From: Octopus vulgaris
Lineage: Eukaryota
Length of the DNA stretch: 64,000 nucleotides
Reading direction: 5' to 3'
Assembly: GCA_951406725.2 (NCBI GenBank)
Contig: OX597823.1
Location: 44,020,001-44,084,000 of the forward strand
Shown: positions 1-13,651 of the stretch, piece after piece
Position numbering within the stretch: the stretch's first letter is position 1
How the letters are laid out: every line of letters begins with the position of its first letter
The notes under the pieces: model-generated
What the model was told of the DNA's origin: nothing
What the model saw: the letters and a program-made list of their open reading frames with translations, nothing else
Database searches by the model: none
Position numbers and translations under genes: made by a program

Positions 1-24
1 TGCGCGGGCGGGCGTGTATGTGTG

Positions 25-97
<73 letters not shown>

Positions 98-112
98 ATG
101 CGCACGTATGTA
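1..112. repeat. (TG)n microsatellite
   Basis: Direct reading of tgtgtg run. Confidence 0.95.
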
Positions 113-212
113 TGTCGACGAAAGGAATCGATAAAGTGATTTGTTGGCAAACGACCTAAATATGCCAAACATACTTCCAGAAATGGAATTTAAAGATGAA
201 CCTTAGGGAGCT

Positions 213-1095
213 AGTGGTGGCGGTGGTGGTGGTGATGGTGGCGGTGGTGGTGGTGGCGTCGGCGGCGGTGGCAGCGAGGGTGGTAGAGTTGGCGGTTGTG
301 GCGATGGTGGTGGTGGTGGTGGTGGTGGTGGTGGTGGTGGTGGTGGTGGTGGTGGTGGTGCCTATGGTGGTGGTGGTGGCGGCGGCGGCGGCAGCGATGG
401 TGGTGGCGATGGTGGTGACGGTGGTGGTTGTGGTGGTGGTGGTGGTGGTGGCGTCGGCGGCGGTGGCAGCGATGGTGGTAGAGGTGGCGGTGGTGGTGAT
501 GGTGGTGGTGGTGGTAGTGGCTATGGTGGTGGTGGTGGTGGTGGTGGTGATGGTGGTGATGGTAGTGGTGGTGGTTGTGGTGGTGGTGGTGGTGGTTGTG
601 GTGGTAGTGGTGTTGGTGGTGGTGGTCGTGGTGGTCGTGGTGGTGGTGGTCGTCGTCGTCTTGATGGTGGTGATTAAGAGGATAGAAGTGATGGTCATGG
701 TTAAGGCCGCACTGGTGCTGATGGAGGTGGCAGTGGTGGAAGTTGTGCTACTACTACTACTACTCCTGGTACTACTAGTAGCAGGTGTAGTAGTAGTAGT
801 AATAATAATAATTGTGGTAGTGATGGTAATAATGGTGGTAGTAGTAGTGGGAGCGTGCTGCTGCTGCTTTTATTGGTCGTAGTATTGGCTATGATGATGA
901 TACTTATTAAGGTGGTGGCGGTAAAAGTTGCGGTAGTATTGACGGTGATATTCGATGTTATAGTGCGTGTGGTGTTGGCGGTGGTGGTGGAGGGGGAGTT
1001 GTTACAACTATTGTCGTTGGTTGTAGTGATGCTTATGCTGGTTGTTGTTGTTGTTGTGGTGGTGGTGGTGGTGGTGGTGCTTGTGGTGGTGGTGG

Positions 1096-1126
<31 letters not shown>

Positions 1127-1290
1127 GGTGGTGGTGGTGGTTGTGCTGGTGGTGCTGGTAGTGGTTGTGCTGGTGGTGTTGATGGTGGTGGTGGTGGTGG
1201 TAGTGGTGGTGGTGCAGGTGAAGCTAGCACTGGTACTAGTACTGGTACTGGTGGTGTTGGTGCTGATGGTGTTGGTGCTGGTGATGCTGG
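213..1290. repeat. Degenerate (GGT)n/(GTA)n trinucleotide array
   Basis: ~1.1 kb of ggt-dominated triplets; explains poly-V/poly-T/poly-P ORFs. Confidence 0.95.
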
Positions 1291-2180
1291 CAGAATCGTT
1301 AACGCGTTGAACAAAATGCTTAGCGGCATTTCTTTACGTTCTGAGTTCAAATTTCATCAAGGTTGACTGTGCTTTTATTCTATAGGGGTCGATAAAAGAA
1401 AGGTAGTAAACAAGTATTGGTGTTGCTGTAATCCCTCTCCCTCTAAAACTGAGCGATAATATAGCTATTTCCTTAGAATAATAGGCGATATGAAAATGGT
1501 TGGTTGATTGGTGTGTTGGATCGTTCTACAGTAACACTTTACATCGTATTGAGAGGGGTGAGAAAGAATAAAAGAGAGGTAGAAGGAAGAAGATACCCTC
1601 AAACTTGGCCCGAATGTTTGCAACAGCATGAACTTCGTTAAAAGTACCCAATATGTCGAGTGACGGTGTTAAATCGCGAGAGGGATTATGTCAACTACCC
1701 ACGTCAGCTCTGATAGGATTTGAAGTCAGTATATTGAAATAAAAACCGTACATCATCAGGACCAATGTTCCAGCAGTTTCATCAAACCACAGCCCTGAAT
1801 TGGTACTTTTTATCAACTCCAAAAGAATGACAAAGCAAAATGATCCTTCGTAAGATTTGAATTCAGAGAATATAAAACCTGAACAAATGCCACGAGTGAT
1901 GAGTCCGACCATCTAACGACCCTACCCATTCGCTTGGTTGACATGATATAAATAGAAAAAAAGTGATAAGACTTTTAAGGCCGGAAATTTGGTGGTGAGG
2001 AGGTTAGTCGAAGAAATCGACCCTAATACTTGACTGGTATTTGATATCATCAACCCGGGAGGATAAAAGGAAGAGTTAGTCTCGATGGGAATCGAACTCA
2101 GAGCATAAAGGTCTTATTTAAATGCAACAAGATATTTTGTCCGACTTTCTGGCGAATCTGCACCCGCAGCCTTCTATGTA

Positions 2181-2309
<129 letters not shown>

Positions 2310-2359
2310 AGGTGCCCCAGGTATGTGTTATTGTATGTGAACTAGGTATGTATTATTAT

Positions 2360-2700
2360 AGGTATGTGAATTACAAAAGATGTGGCGTCTTGAAGCGAGA
2401 ACCCTTCCAGTTGTTGTAGGCGTCCTAAGTATGATAAAAAAAAGGAATGTCAGAAACATCTAGATAAGAACCCAGGAGAATAATGTCTCAGAGAAATCCA
2501 AAAGATTGTACTCATAAGTACTGCCCACATCCTTAAAAAAACGGTATCCATTTAAACGTCAGCGTTGTATTACATGAAGATATTTCGCTACTTCCCCTCC
2601 CAAAGCTTTCAGTCATAATATAACATCTCTTGTCCTTCACTCGCTCCAGGATGCTGGGTGTCTCCGCAAATGACTGTAACAAACATGCAGATCAAATGTA
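2360..2700 (+). mobile_element. 3' fragment of RLE-type (R4/Dong-like) non-LTR retrotransposon between (AAT)n tracts
   Basis: Degenerate translation MWRLEARTLPVVVGVL...EIQKIVLISTAHIL typical of the restriction-like endonuclease C-terminus; (AAT)n on both sides. Confidence 0.7.
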
Positions 2701-2755
<55 letters not shown>

Positions 2756-2889
2756 GTAAAAAAGAATATATAACACACAAGTGCAACGGACCTCTGTAGA
2801 ACGTGTATGAAGAGGGTCGAAAGCGTGACTCACGTTGTTAGTGCTTGTAAAAGTCTTCCGCAGAAAAAATACTGACGTAGACACGACAA

Positions 2890-3460
2890 GCTAGCCCAAA
2901 ACCGCCACTAGCTACTATGCAGTAAGTATGGATATGAGGTTAAGGGTGCTTGGTATCAACATACACCGGAAAAGGTAATGGACGAAAAGAGGAAGGCAAA
3001 AGTCCTCTGAGATTTTGACTTCAAGACAGACAAGGTGCAAAAACACCGAAGGTCGGATATAGTAACCTTTAGTGGGGACAAACAAGAGTGCCTAATAATT
3101 GACGTGAGTACCAGATCAACATCATCATGAAAGAAAGAGAAAAGATTGATAAATATGGAGACCTGATAAGTGAGATCGCTAAGATGTGGCGGCTACTAGA
3201 GTCAAACATAAAGGTTATGCCCATTGTCATAGGAGCATTGTGTTCAATACCACCCAATTTGAAAAAAATATCTGTTACCCTTAGAAATGCCCTACGATCT
3301 AGATGTATTGCAAGAGTTGTCATTACTTGAAACTGCATGCATATTGCGTAAAACACTGTCTGAGGTCCTTGCTGTGACTTGACAGACAGTACAAACCCCC
3401 GGTAGACACAATATCTTTAAATAAATAACCTTATGATATTGTACACTGTGCGATGTCTAT
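2890..3460 (+). mobile_element. 3' fragment of R4/Dong-like LINE (RLE domain) ending in (AAT)n
   Basis: WDFDFxTD..RRxDIV-like segment and ORF 3127-3330 KEREKIDKYGDLISEIAKMW..VMPIVIGAL; followed by aataataat. Confidence 0.8.
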
Positions 3461-3524
3461 AGTAATAATAATAATAATAATACCTTAGACATTATTGTCT
3501 CGAGTTCGAATTCACAGTGACAGT

Positions 3525-3740
3525 TACCCATTTTCCATGGCATATAAGTGGCTAAGACCACAACATTAACTCCTGAACGGGACGCCATTCCGTCTCAGGG
3601 TTACTCATTTACAGCTGAGCGGAGTGTAGCAATGTAAAATGAAGTGCTTTGCTGCAGAACACAACGCACCTCTTGACTCAGGAATCGAAACCGCTTTCTA
3701 TTGATCGTGAATGCAACACCCCTAACCACTAGACCGCGCA
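3525..3740 (-). mobile_element. Degenerate tRNA-derived SINE
   Basis: Reverse A/B-box head (ggtctagtggttaggggtgttg...ggtttcgattcctgag) and tail like other copies. Confidence 0.6.
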
Positions 3741-4454
3741 CCGACACTATGATACATCACGCTACTGTAAAATTAAAATTCTTTCTAAAGATCCTGGCTC
3801 ATAGATTCTCCCCTGGAATAAGCGAGAAGCTGTTTTAATATCCACTCCTGCAACAGTAAGTCTGTTATCGTTCACGCAGCTGTTTTAATGTTCTGTGAAT
3901 AAATCTTATCAGTTTTATTCTGGCAAATTGCTCCGTAGTTCTGTTGATATGTGGATCTTGAGAAATAGGCCAGTAATTTATTTTTCCTTGTTTTCTTTTT
4001 GTTCTTTTTTTTTTTCAAATCCCCTCGCTTCATCTCTTATGCATATCAGTTATTATGCACTCTTTGGGGATCTTTGGAAGATAGCTGTTGCATAAGAAAC
4101 TTAGACGGCATTTGCAAATGAATTGTCTAAAATATGTATGCATATCTTGAAGAGTCCCCGGGGAAACATTTACAATATTTTATCTATCTTTTTTTATAGA
4201 TGATATAAAATCTGTTTCTGCCATTCTTTTCTATTGTCAATTTGCGATCGTCTATTTTGTGTGTCTTCTGTATGCTAATGGAGTTGCTTAAAATGCTGTT
4301 GTATCATGGTGTGTTCAGTGTTTCGGACGCCACCTCTGAACTCGTGATCAAGAATAATTGAACAGTTTAACTGCGGGATCAAGCTGTTACTTATATTTTT
4401 CATTCAGCTTCTTTCTCGTAGAATAATATATGTTTTATTATATTGCAACGAACA

Positions 4455-5125
4455 AGGTGGCGAGCTAGTAGAATCGTTGGCGCATCAGACGAAATGCTCA
4501 ACGGCATTTCTTCCAATTCCTTACGTTCTCAGCTCAAATCCCATAGAGGTCGGCTTAAGCTTTCAACTTTTCAGGTCGATAAAATAGAGTATTATTCAAG
4601 TACTGGGGTTGATGTAATTGTCTTGTCCCTTACCCTCAAAATAGCTAGCCTTGTGCCAAAAGTTAAAGAATTATTATTAAGGCAATGAACTGATGGAAGC
4701 ATTAGCGCGTCAGACAAAGTACATGGTGATAGTTCTTCCAACTGAGCTCAAATCTCGTCGAGGTCAACTTTACGTTTCATTCATTCGGGGTTGATAAAAT
4801 AAGGTACCAGTCAAATACTGGGATCGATGTAATCGAATTATCACTTCCCCAAAAAACTACAGGTCTTGTGCCAACATTTGAAACAAAAACAAAAAAGACG
4901 GTGATCTGGCAGAATCGTTAGCACATGGGATCAAATACAAATACTGAGGGGCATTTCTTCTGACTCAACGTTTCTGAGCTCAAACCCTGGTGAGGTAAAC
5001 TTTGCCTTTCATCCTTTCTCGGTCGATAAAATAAAGTACCAGCCAAGATTGATGTAATCGACTTGTCCTCACCTATTAAAGGTCACCATCTTTAATGGTA
5101 ACCTTGTACCAAAATTAGAAAGAAT
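4455..5125 (+). mobile_element. Three head-to-tail degenerate copies of the ggcggcgagctggcagaatcgttagc SINE family
   Basis: Head plus central gaggtcgactttgcctttcatcctttcggggtcgataaaataagtaccag-like core recurs at ~4455, ~4680, ~4900. Confidence 0.8.
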
Positions 5126-5360
5126 TATATTGCAATATTGCAACGAGCATTATGCCTGAAATCTAATTTTAACTGTTCCAGAAATTTCTGAAAGTTAGAC
5201 CACATTTTCTTTATTTTACTTTCAGTGTTAAACCCTAATTTATCTTTCAGAATAATATAACCGAGGCTGTTTTGGTTTTTCTGTTGCTGTTGTTGTTTTG
5301 CTTTGGGTTTTGCTGCATGTCTCTATTTACTTTTATTTATTTCTAGAGACATTAAACATA

Positions 5361-5622
5361 TATTAGTTTGTCAGATAAATTCGTTCGTTTTTCTTTTGGG
5401 GTGGGTTTTGTTTCGTTTTTCTGCATGGAACTCCACAATCATATGACTGAAAAAAAGTAAAATTTATTCAAATTTCAAAACGATAAACACAAAATGTAGA
5501 GGAAGAACAGAGCTTGCGAAAAAAAAAACACTACGATAAAAATATTTTCTTAATACTTCAAATAACAGGTATTAGAGTAAATGCTAAAAAAAAAACGAAT
5601 GAATTTATCTGACAACCCACTA
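5361..5622 (+). mobile_element. Mariner-type MITE (~260 bp)
   Basis: Terminal inverted repeats ttgtcagataaattcgttcgtttt / aaaacgaatgaatttatctgacaa with TA ends; related copy at 23981-24218. Confidence 0.7.
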
Positions 5623-6126
5623 TATCGTATACAGCTGATATATATTTGTTAAAGTTTACGTTGTTGTCAATGTCCTTCGTGGGGTTTTAAAAGAAACTAG
5701 AAGCTCATTAGTGTTATTGTGTTATTGAAATGGTCGGTGAATAAGTTTAAGCTTGAAGAATATTGATCAACATGTTTCTCTTGAGCAATTCATTATCGAT
5801 ACTACAGCGTTGCGATCTGAGAGAATTGCATGTGTTTCATTGTTAAGGAGAAAGAATCAGACTTCTTACATAAAATTGTGAAATAAGTGAGGAAATGGAA
5901 AAAAAAATTACTTTTGGCGATGTGTTCGGTCTTTCTGTGTTCGGTCTTATATGGAGAACGATGTTATCTGGCCATTTTTATATCTGGGGTCACTTCTGCC
6001 GTCAACTGAAAGTATTTCATTTAGTGTTTTTGTTTAGATCCAGATCGCCCCCTGACTGAGTATAAATATACACACACTTATACACTCATATATATGCATA
6101 TATACTTAGGCACATAAATACGCATA

Positions 6127-6161
<35 letters not shown>

Positions 6162-6206
6162 GCGCAAGTATTTGCATAAGTATATATGCATACACACACA
6201 CTTATG

Positions 6207-6246
<40 letters not shown>

Positions 6247-6247
<1 letters not shown>

Positions 6248-7535
6248 GAGGGGCGTTCAATAAGTAATGCCCCTGATCCACTTGAAGTTGTTCGTTCCAG
6301 CTGAAATTTTGCATGTGCAATTACTTATATCTCTATAGATTAAGTCGCAAATTACAGCTCTAAACTACTTGTGGTTTCTGATTTACAGGTGTTTGAACTG
6401 AGTCAAGTGTGAAATGGAGTCTGTTGAATGTCGAGCAGTGATCCGGTTTTTGTATTTGAAAGGACGCACACCACGGGAGACTTTTGATGAAATGAAAGTA
6501 ACTTATTGTGATAATGCCCCATCATATGACCTTGTAAAATGCTGGCATCGTGAATTCAAACATGGTTGGAACTCTGTGGAAACAGCTCCCAGATCTGGTC
6601 GCCCCTTCTGCCATTGATGAGGCATCTGTCCGTCAAGTTGAGGCTGCCATTTTGGAAGATCGACGCATAACTATTCGCGAAATAGCCCATGAGGTCAAGA
6701 TTAGTACCGGGTCTGTGGAAACTATCATTCATGACCATTTGCATATGCAAAAGATGTCTGCCAGATGGATTCCCAGGTTGCTCACATCTTTCCAGAAGCA
6801 AGAACGCGTCGATTGCTCGAGGATGAATTTGGAGATGTGCCAAGAAGATGAGTCAAAGTTTTCAAAAGACTGATTACACAGGATGAAACCTGGGTCCATC
6901 ACTATGATCCAGAGACCAAAGCCCAGTCAATGCAGTGGAAGCACCGTGACTCCCCTCCTCCAAAGAAGGCAAGGGTGCAGCCCTCCTCTGGCAAGGTCAT
7001 GCTCACAGTCTTCTGGGACCAGGACGGAGTAGTGATGACAGATTTCCTGGCAAATGGTGCCACAATTACAGGAGCCTATTATGCTTCACTTTTGAGGAAA
7101 TTAAGAGAAGCTATCAAAATCAAGAGGCGGGGCAAGATCAGCAAAGGCATCCTCCTCCTGCAGGACAACGCTCTGGTTCACAACTCGCGTGTCGCCAGAT
7201 CAGAAGCACAGGCGTGCGGCCATGAACTCCTCCCCCATCCCCCTACTCTTCTGACCTTGCACCTTCTGATTTTCACCTCTTCCCAGTCATGAAGTTGTTT
7301 TTGAAAGGAAAGCGTTTCCCAGATGATGCAGCCTTGATTTCTGAAGTCACGTCGTGGCTGGAGGACCAAGCTGGTGTCTTCTACAGAAACGGTCTTCAGA
7401 GCTGCATCAAACGATGGGAGAAATGCGTAACTCTGGGTGGTTCCTATGTAGAAAAAGACTAATGACTGTGCCAAGTTTCGTTGCTCTACTGCTATGGGAA
7501 GTGGGTCAGGGGCATTACTTATTGAACGCCCCTCG
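6247..7535 (+). mobile_element. Mariner DNA transposon, family A, full length
   Basis: TIRs cgaggggcgttcaataagtaatgcccctga / tcaggggcattacttattgaacgcccctcg, TA duplication at both ends. Confidence 0.97.
6414..7462 (+). pseudogene. Mariner DD34D transposase with three frameshifts and no premature stop
   Basis: MESVECRAVIRFLYLKG, WIPRLL, TQDETW, LQDNA, YSSDLAPSDFHLF motifs; ends GGSYVEKD*. Confidence 0.93.
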
Positions 7536-8439
7536 TATGTATGATTCGAGGTGACCATTTATTTATTTTTTTTTTAAGGAAAAGAATATCTAAGACTGCC
7601 TTATTCAATATATTCTTTTAATAAGACAGTAGGGTATGATGTAAGGTAGACTTAGCTACACTGTTTAACAAAGAAAAAGAAACCACCAACTACAAGTTAT
7701 TTCATTTTTTATTAAATTAAAGCGTAATAAGGCGGTAAGGGCACGGCAACTATCGCACTACGGGCAAATGTTTAGTGGCATGTCGTATGTCTTTACATTC
7801 TGAGTTCAAATTCAATCGAGTCTGGAGTCGGTGAAACCGACTTCTTCCACCCTTCAGATTATTGCTGGCCCTGTGCCAAAATTTAAAACCATTAAGTTAA
7901 TGCGTAATAAATGCAACGGGATATAAAGGTAACGACGTATCTCTGTTGTGAGAGATCGAAACCGGGTCCCAGACTTTACTAACTGAAGTACACTAATTCG
8001 TAAACGAACAACTCTTCTCAATATGACATAACATTTTAGCAATTTCAGAAACACACCACACAAACAGAAAATTAGTTTTCATTTTTCTACTAAAATCGTT
8101 TATTCTTTCACCGAGTGCACTGGCCACGTTTTACTAATGCACTCGGAGAATACATGAGCGACAGAGCTGCTCTTTTCTTCATCTCGCATGAAGTCAATAG
8201 GGATAATGACTCATTCGTAATATCAGAGATGATTGCAAAAGATTCGTATAATTAACTGCTTATCACACATACGTGAGATAAATATTCATCCAGTAATGTA
8301 CCCGCACTACTTTTGCACCGTCGCTGCCAACGCCGCTGCGAGATCGATTCATTCAACAATGCTATACACTTTCAAAATGGAATGTAAATAACTACAACAC
8401 ATCTAAACACCACGATCCCCCGTATATACAGAAGTATAT

Positions 8440-8634
8440 ACACAACATACGCGTACATAACATACATGTATATATAACATTATAGGAATAAAAATGCGTG
8501 CGCATACACGCATATATACACGTGCATATATGCACATATGCACACATGCATGCATATACGCATAGGTTAGACCTATGTACCTATACATATGCATACACAT
8601 ACATTATATCAACACATTCATGTGTGTGCATATT

Positions 8635-8696
<62 letters not shown>

Positions 8697-8735
8697 TATA
8701 TATATATATGCATATATATATACATATATATATAC

Positions 8736-8786
<51 letters not shown>

Positions 8787-9565
8787 TATGCACATATATA
8801 TAGATATACATATATATATTCACACACACACATACATAATATATGTATATAAAACCAATATATGTGTGTGTGCTTGTATGTATCTATATATATATATATC
8901 TATAGGCTTAATGCATATGTATATACATATATGTATATATATATATACATATATATATACATATATATCTGTATATATGCATATATATGCATATATATAT
9001 GTATATAGATATGTATAAATACATACATACATACATACATACATGCATACATGCATACATACATACATACATACATACATACATACATACATACATACAT
9101 ACATACGTACATTAAAATCACACATCTGCAAATATGATAAATAAACTATTGGTCATGTTTATCTGTGCATCAATGTTACTTCATCAATATCCATGAAGAA
9201 TCGATTCACGTAAAGTCGGTTTCAAACACAAAAGCAGATATCGAAAGAACGATAACACTGATGGATATGTGGCGGGAACAGCTATGACGGCTCTGAATAC
9301 GTCCAATCAGAATACAATGAGAGAATGTGCACCGTTCGCCTTGTCCTCGCTCGTCTCTGTTCAGTTAATTATGTCATTACTATCTCACTAATATACATTC
9401 CCATGCCTTACGTTGTACTAACTCTTTATACATATACACTTGCGCGCGCTTACATACATATATGCATGCATACATACATACATACATACATACATACATA
9501 CATACATACATACATACATACATACATACATACATACATACATACATGCATATATGTATATACCA

Positions 9566-9598
<33 letters not shown>

Positions 9599-9677
9599 TA
9601 TACATACACACACATATGTATATATATATATAGATCCATATATATGTATATGTATATATGTATATTTATATATATAT

Positions 9678-9773
<96 letters not shown>

Positions 9774-9787
9774 ATATAAATATAAAA

Positions 9788-9849
<62 letters not shown>

Positions 9850-9880
9850 TTATTCATCTATAAATACATACATACGTACG
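8440..9880. repeat. Compound (TA)n/(TACA)n microsatellites
   Basis: Direct reading; source of YI/MYVC ORFs. Confidence 0.9.
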
Positions 9881-9884
9881 TACA

Positions 9885-10275
9885 CACAATATGAAAGAAT
9901 ACTTGAAGTATGTCTCTGTCCAATCTTCAATAGAAATGCAAGCACAACAGACCTGACATAATGATTTGGGACTGTGAAAAGAAATTATGCACAGCAGTTG
10001 AAGTTAGTTACCCAGCAGATGTCAGCATAATGTTGTAGGTTAGTGAAAAAAAAACATTCATGCCGAACTGATGAAAGGTCTGCCGTCATTCTATGCAAAC
10101 TCTAGATTTAATTTAAACTTACAATTACTGAAAGAATTGGTTACGTAACTAATTGTCGCAGTGCCAACCTTGAGAAGCTAGGACAAAAAAAGAACATGCC
10201 TAATCAGAAAATTACAGCTACCAGCTGTCGTAAGCAGCGTTAAAATATGTAAAACATTCATGAAGTTTAGCTCGT
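9885..10275 (+). mobile_element. Degraded RLE-type non-LTR retrotransposon endonuclease fragment
   Basis: Degenerate HNRPD..WD..K.C..VEVSYPADV..ELMK-like translation. Confidence 0.5.
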
Positions 10276-10814
10276 AATATGATCCCCATACGCAATAACA
10301 TACTCTTCTGCACTCATTTTTGCATTTGCAGATACACATGAATATGCATACATGTGTATACGCCTGCAAACATATATGTGTGTGAGTATGTGTGTGTGTG
10401 TGTGAGTGTACATATATCATATTTTCAATAAACAGAAATAATGGGTTATATACATTTACTTATTCATTATAGGCTTACAGTTGTTTCAGGTATTTGTTTG
10501 CGTGCATTCATGGTTCAATCTTATCAATCGATCGGCGGCATTTGAACTAAGATCGTAAAGACGGACGAAATGCCACTACGGATTTTGTCCAGCGTGTTAA
10601 CGATTCCGCCAATTTATTGCGTGCTTAGCTCTAATTAATAGTTGACGGACATAGTTAATTAAATTGACTGAACTATATCACTAGCACTTAATATTTTACC
10701 AAAGGGATACTAAAAGAAAATTCAACAATATTCATGGTCTTTTTTCTGCAGAAAATCCATAAATTTGTGGAGCAGCGAATAGTTGAAAAAATCAACTCTT
10801 GTTCATGACTGGGA

Positions 10815-11074
10815 CCGTTCAACATCCTTAAACAATACTTATTCAAGAAGCATTTGAGCGGGATGGGCTACTCGACCTGAAAAAAATTCTAACTGGGCCC
10901 CACCTGCAAGGTCATGTGCTATTAATCTCGATTTGAGATCACCGTAACACGCACATATGGTTGTGATGCATATGCCTGGTGTACCCTTATCAGACTAATA
11001 GTCATGATTGCTATACTGGGCTTCGTATATTTTACCCCAGTGTCACTTTGATAGCATGCATTGCTCTCTCACTC

Positions 11075-11075
<1 letters not shown>
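10815..11075 (+). mobile_element. 3' part of (AAT)n-associated non-autonomous repeat (same family as 39439-40016)
   Basis: Reverse complement of 39439-39700; ends ctctctcactc followed by (aat)n. Confidence 0.8.
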
Positions 11076-11125
<50 letters not shown>

Positions 11126-11149
11126 TAATAATAATAATATTCCTTTCTA

Positions 11150-11362
11150 TTGTAGGCACAACGCCTGAATTTTTTTTTTTTTTTGCTAGGGAAGGGGGAT
11201 TATCGATTACATCGACCCCAGTGTTCCATTGGTACTTAATTTATCGACCCAGAAAGGATGAAAGGTAAAGCTGACTGCGGCGGAATTTGAACTCAGAACG
11301 TAGCGACGGGCGAAATAAGCATTTCGTCCAGTGTGCTAACGATTCTGCTAACTCGCCGCCTT
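11150..11362 (-). mobile_element. tRNA-derived SINE (ggcggcgagctggcagaatcg family)
   Basis: Reverse head gattctgctaactcgccgcc and core aaaggatgaaaggtaaag. Confidence 0.85.
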
Positions 11363-11369
11363 AATAACA

Positions 11370-11379
11370 ATGATGATGA

Positions 11380-11413
<34 letters not shown>

Positions 11414-11690
11414 GGTGGTGGTGGTGGTGGTGGTGGTGGTGGTGGTGGATGGTTCTGGTGGTGGTGGTGCTGGTGGTGCTGGTGCTGGTGGCGGTGGTGG
11501 TGGTGGTGATGGTGATGGTGATGGTGGTGGTGGTGGTGGTGGTGGTGGTGGTGGTGGTGGTGGTGGTGGTGGTGGTGGTGGTGGTGGCAGTGGTGGTGGT
11601 GGTGGTGGTGGTGGTGGTGCTGCTGCTGCTGCTGCTGCTTGTGGTGGTGGTGGTGGTGGTGGTGGTGATGATGATGATGATGATGATGAT
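11370..11690. repeat. (GAT)n/(GGT)n trinucleotide repeat
   Basis: Direct reading. Confidence 0.95.
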
Positions 11691-13262
11691 CGGGTCATGC
11701 TAGCACAAAAGAAATTACGATTGCAGCTCTTGAAAATCTGTGTTTAATGTATATACTCAGCCATTCGTTTGCTTGTCTGATATTTTCCCCTTTATAATTT
11801 TCTTTTCATTTTCCTTCCATTTGTTTATCTCTTTTTTACTTTATTTTTATTTTCCTATCATTGTAGATAGCGTTTAGTATTAGCTTGATTTGTATGGCAA
11901 ACCTTAACTGGAGGTTGATTGACCAAAAGGTTTGTTTTGTACATTAAAAATATTATTTAATGTCATACAATTTTCTACACCATTGCACATGTTCCATATC
12001 AGCATCTACCGCTCGAATTCCGAAATAACCTAGAAACATTACCATATCCCCTCTTTATTGAGAAACTATTCGTTTTCATGGTATACACATATAGTTTAAT
12101 ACTAGCGTAGTCATTAGGAAGTTCTAAATGATATAAGATAATATCGGTGAAAATAAGGAATCCGGTGTACGCCCAATATAGTTACTGATTTTAAGAAGTG
12201 ATAGTAATATATTAGAAATTGTCAACTTCAGAAGAGAATCACAGAGAATCACAAAATAGCAAAATAGCAAAATTTTGTGATGGCGATGGAATATCAGAAT
12301 TGTTACAGTGCAAACGAAAAATTGAAAGTTTTGCATATTAAGGTTAAGTCTTCCGTTTAAATGTTACTATCAGATTGCCTTTAAATCTCTTCATCAGGTT
12401 TTTTGAAGATTAGTAAACCATCATTTCTTCGAACGTAACTAGTAATGTAGTTGGATCTTATATAGATCAACTTTAGAATAAATAAAACAATTAAATTTAA
12501 CATTTCCGTGGAATCTCTTGAAGTGGAAAGTTTTGCACATTGCGTCTCGATTCATTTGTTATTAATGAAAAACAATAAATTTTATATCATACTTTATTAT
12601 TCGCATATAATTATTTGAATTGGTGAGTGTTTAGTGGTTTCTAAAGTTTTTAACAGAAAATGTTTTGCAATGAGTGAGTAGTAGCCTGTAATATCAAACT
12701 GAGTGCGAAAACGCTTATTCTTGATACTTCTCAACCAATTTATTATTGATGCACCGCCATTAAATTTGTAGTTGACTCAATCTAAAGTGTGCCATTTGAT
12801 AGTTCCGGTTTCTGTTTTGGTTGGTTTTGTCTTGTGGGATTATTTTAAAATTTAGCATCATCGTCCTTGATAGTAATATAAGTCATTTTATGACAAGAAT
12901 TTCGACTCTACTATCGACATTTAGACTAGAGGCTAATGTCTTTGACTGTTGTTTATTGAATTGAGACTTTTATTAGTAATCATTACATAACTGCCGGTAA
13001 TTCTATTTGTTAGTAGGTTATTATTGTACTTTAGTATATTCCAGACGTGTTTTCTTGTTTTATTGACGTTTGCAAATTTCTTGTTTCCAGGAACATTTTA
13101 CATTTTCTTTTTTTTTTTTGCGATTCTCGACAGTTGTTTGCAAGAGGTTATCATTCACTCTTCAGTTTTGATATTTTTCACCATTCTGAAAATAACCATT
13201 TCGAAAGCTTCAAGGAGATTTTTGCTCGGTGGGCATTTTCTGCTTTACGATTGCTTTAGATT

Positions 13263-13334
<72 letters not shown>

Positions 13335-13651
13335 AACGCATGCACATATTCATTCATATCTATGTGTGTGTTTTCATGTGTAAATTCATACTTATATCTT
13401 GATATATATGCATATGTGTGTGTATATGTATGTATGCATGTATGCATGTATATCTCTATATTAATAGGTGCGGTGATGTCTGTATAGTTAAGAAGTTCGC
13501 CTGGCAAGCTTCTGGATTGCACATGGCTTCGGGTTTAGTTTCAATATGCGGCACGTTGATCAGGTGTCTTCTACAGTAGCCTGGGAAAACCAGTATCTTG
13601 TAAATGAATTTGGTTCCAGGAAACTGTGCTGAAGAATACCATATGTATATA

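Noticed and set aside
156-1350. Long poly-Val/poly-Thr/poly-Pro ORFs
   Set aside because: Translation of (GGT)n repeats open in several frames; no domain or splice support
8403-9961. Many YI/MYVC/HT ORFs here and throughout the window
   Set aside because: Dinucleotide and tetranucleotide microsatellites lacking stop codons
10066-10082. CTGATGA hammerhead core
   Set aside because: Lies in LINE endonuclease coding remnant (ELMK); no stem II/GAAA partner
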